DNA from: Hamiltosporidium tvaerminnensis FI-OER-3-3
Lineage: Eukaryota; Fungi; Microsporidia
Length of the DNA stretch: 64,000 nucleotides
Reading direction: 5' to 3'
NCBI GenBank assembly: GCA_022605425.2
Contig: JAKIMF020000001.1
Coordinates: forward strand, 2,356,001 to 2,420,000
Numbering within the stretch: position 1 is the first letter of the stretch; the number at the start of each line of letters is the position of its first letter. Shown here piece by piece: positions 61,682 through 64,000 of this stretch. Position numbers and translations under genes: made by a program. The notes beneath the pieces are model-generated. The model saw only the letters and a program-made list of their open reading frames with translations. It was not told the origin of the DNA and searched no databases.

Positions 61682-62215
61682 TATTTATCCTCTGAGCTAC
61701 AGTCCTGCACGAGCCCTGGCATCTTTCAGTAATGTCAACCACCGGTCTCTTTCCAGCGCAACGTTCCACCAGTCTTCTACTCCCAGAAGTTGGGCGGTCT
61801 TTTCGATTTGGTCAATCCAGCGAGTCTTGGGTCTTCCCACATTCATTTTTCTGACTGGTATAGGGTACAAAACTTTAGAAAGTATGCGAATCTTCCCCAT
61901 TCTTAGCAGGTGTCTTACCCAGCCGAGTCTGTTCAGGCAGACGAATTCTACTATTTGCATATCTCTTTATTCGTGGTAAAGTTCCCTGTTGTGTCGTTTC
62001 CTCCACCTGCCATTTTCTTCTTTGGGTCTATAAACACGTCTCAGTACTTTACTTTCGAACATCGCTAGTCTTTGCTCATCAGTCTTCTTAACAACCCAAG
62101 ATTCTGATCCATACATGAGAACAGGTCGCAGCGGCGTTTTGTAGAGCATGCGTTTTGTTTTCCTAGTGATGAACTTGGACTTAAAGTGAGACCTTCTTAA
62201 TATATTTACTGATTC
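61682..62215 (-). mobile_element. 5'-truncated RTE-clade LINE (3' end)
   Basis: LYKTPLRPVLMYGSESW, FESKVLRRVY, RLGWVRHLLRM, GRPKTRWID, RDRW. Confidence 0.9.
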
Positions 62216-63730
62216 CAGTTTTCTTTTACATCTTACTTCCCATTTTCGAGGATGACCAATATAAAATTTAAATTTGAGTATTTTACTCTGTAATAACTCG
62301 GAATTATAGATAATCAGCATATATATCATGTGTGGTTATAGATACTAGAATACAAACAATAAATTTTAAATAGTTCTACATACTCATTTCATAGCAGAAA
62401 GTTTTTAATGTTGTTATCTGCCCTACTACTTTTTAAACTTAATGTTTAAAAATACAATCAGAAAAATATAGATTTGGTTTAAAATACTTTAAAAGACAAA
62501 AAAAACTTACAGTTTTTATTCTGTTATTGATAAATTAGATTACCTTCTCTGAAATATACTTTAGACTTGAATTAAATTATGATTTTTCAAATAAAAAAAT
62601 TAATTATGATTCTTAATATACAAACTTTGAATATTATTAATTTGATGTATGATGCCTAAAATTTTTAAATTCCTTTAGAATTTATACAAAATTTATCACT
62701 AATCAGCCAACAAATAACAAATTCGTTGTATTCAAATTTTCTAAAATCAAATTTCAAAAGATTAGCTTAAAACCTCGACATAAGAAAACTGGATAAATTA
62801 AACATCTTTAGGTTAATAAAAGAATTCTGAGAGTATAATACGAGCTAGACTTTGAGGATAAAAAAACGAATTATAATCCTAATTGATCATCTTTAGCATT
62901 TGATTAAAATAGAAAATTTATTTAAAATTGTAAAAATTCAGAAAAAATTATTTAAGTGATATAATGATTTTTAAAATGACTCAAGCATAATTCTCGAGCT
63001 AGATATAATAGCAACGAATCTTCTATATTCAATATAGAAAGTTTATTATAAGGAGGCAAAAAAAGGCCAATATTGTAGAGCAGCTGATAAAAAAGTAAAA
63101 TCTAGTAATTGGATATTAGAATATATCATAACAAGATTGTACCAGTTTTCACAATACCTTCTTGATGTTATACATTCACTTCTTTTATAATTTCATAAAA
63201 ACCTACAAAACTAATTATGGGTGCCTCTTATTTTCCTGAATTCTTGAAGATGTATATCTAAAATATAATTAGATACTAGAATGATCAATGAAAAAAATTT
63301 TCACACAGAGAATTGAAGGATTTACTTCAGAAAATAAGTTTAATTTAAGTAGATTTTTAACTCAACAGCTATTTACAAGTTTCCTTCGAATTCTAAAATT
63401 AAAAGAAGAGCTTACTTTATAAAACGTAATTGACGGTTATTCAGATATTATTTATAAACGATGTCTAAGCAATTCCTATTTCAAAAAAAGACAAGAATAT
63501 TGTTTCTAATACCATAATTTGTTTAAAAATTCACCTGGAGTTTTGAAAAAAGACATTATGTGGATTATTCTTAACGAATTGGTTGAAATAATTTTTTTGA
63601 TCGATAGAGGGCATGAAGACATTGGTGCTTCAACTAAATGTTGTTATAATCCAAAAAAAGACTTATGAAACATATAAAAATCTAAATCGGCTTAAAATTC
63701 ATATATATAACTAAAGATACATTAAAAAAA

Positions 63731-63967
63731 TTCATTCATTCATCCTTGGTACTACAGCTCTGTACGAGCCTTGGCCTCTCCTAGTAATACCGCATACCGG
63801 TCTTTTTCCAGTAGGTTTGTCTACTTTTTCGGGTTTCGTAACAAGGTGGTTTTAAAGCGTGAAATGCTAGTCCTACGTCCAACCCCAACATAGAGGATCA
63901 TTCCCCTTTAGTCACATCTTACGGGAAGCAGAGAATACACCAAGCCAATTCTGGACCTGGCATGATG
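63731..63967 (-). mobile_element. Non-autonomous RTE-derived element, copy 2, with (TGAA)n tail
   Basis: Homologous to 3405-3622; ttcattcattcat tail is typical of RTE-mobilised inserts. Confidence 0.82.
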
Positions 63968-64000
63968 ATTAAACGTTAAAATAAAGCATATAATAATTAA

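Overview
Very AT-rich, intron-free eukaryotic DNA. Compact divergent housekeeping genes with a CCC motif just before the ATG point to a large-genome, TE-rich microsporidian (Hamiltosporidium-like; my inference, not verified). Housekeeping genes: EMP65/TAPT1 (partial, missed by the ORF track), VMA8, ALG13, RAD3, GPI12, an NAD(P)HX dehydratase, POB3, RPT3 and CDC7. Accessory content: four members of two lineage-specific families with a hydrophobic N-terminus, a BTB/POZ-like segment and degenerate LRRs (one intact, three disabled), plus a membrane-anchored macrodomain-like protein. Mobile DNA: six copies or fragments of an R4-like RT plus restriction-like-endonuclease retrotransposon. Two are full length with exact 15-bp TSDs, 5' leaders of only 3 and 9 nt, and no poly(A) tail. 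Also present are RTE remnants with a derived ~220-bp non-autonomous element, two unclassified dispersed repeats, decayed gypsy/integrase/mariner/hAT relics, and minisatellites flanking housekeeping genes. Boundaries of relics and minisatellites are approximate.
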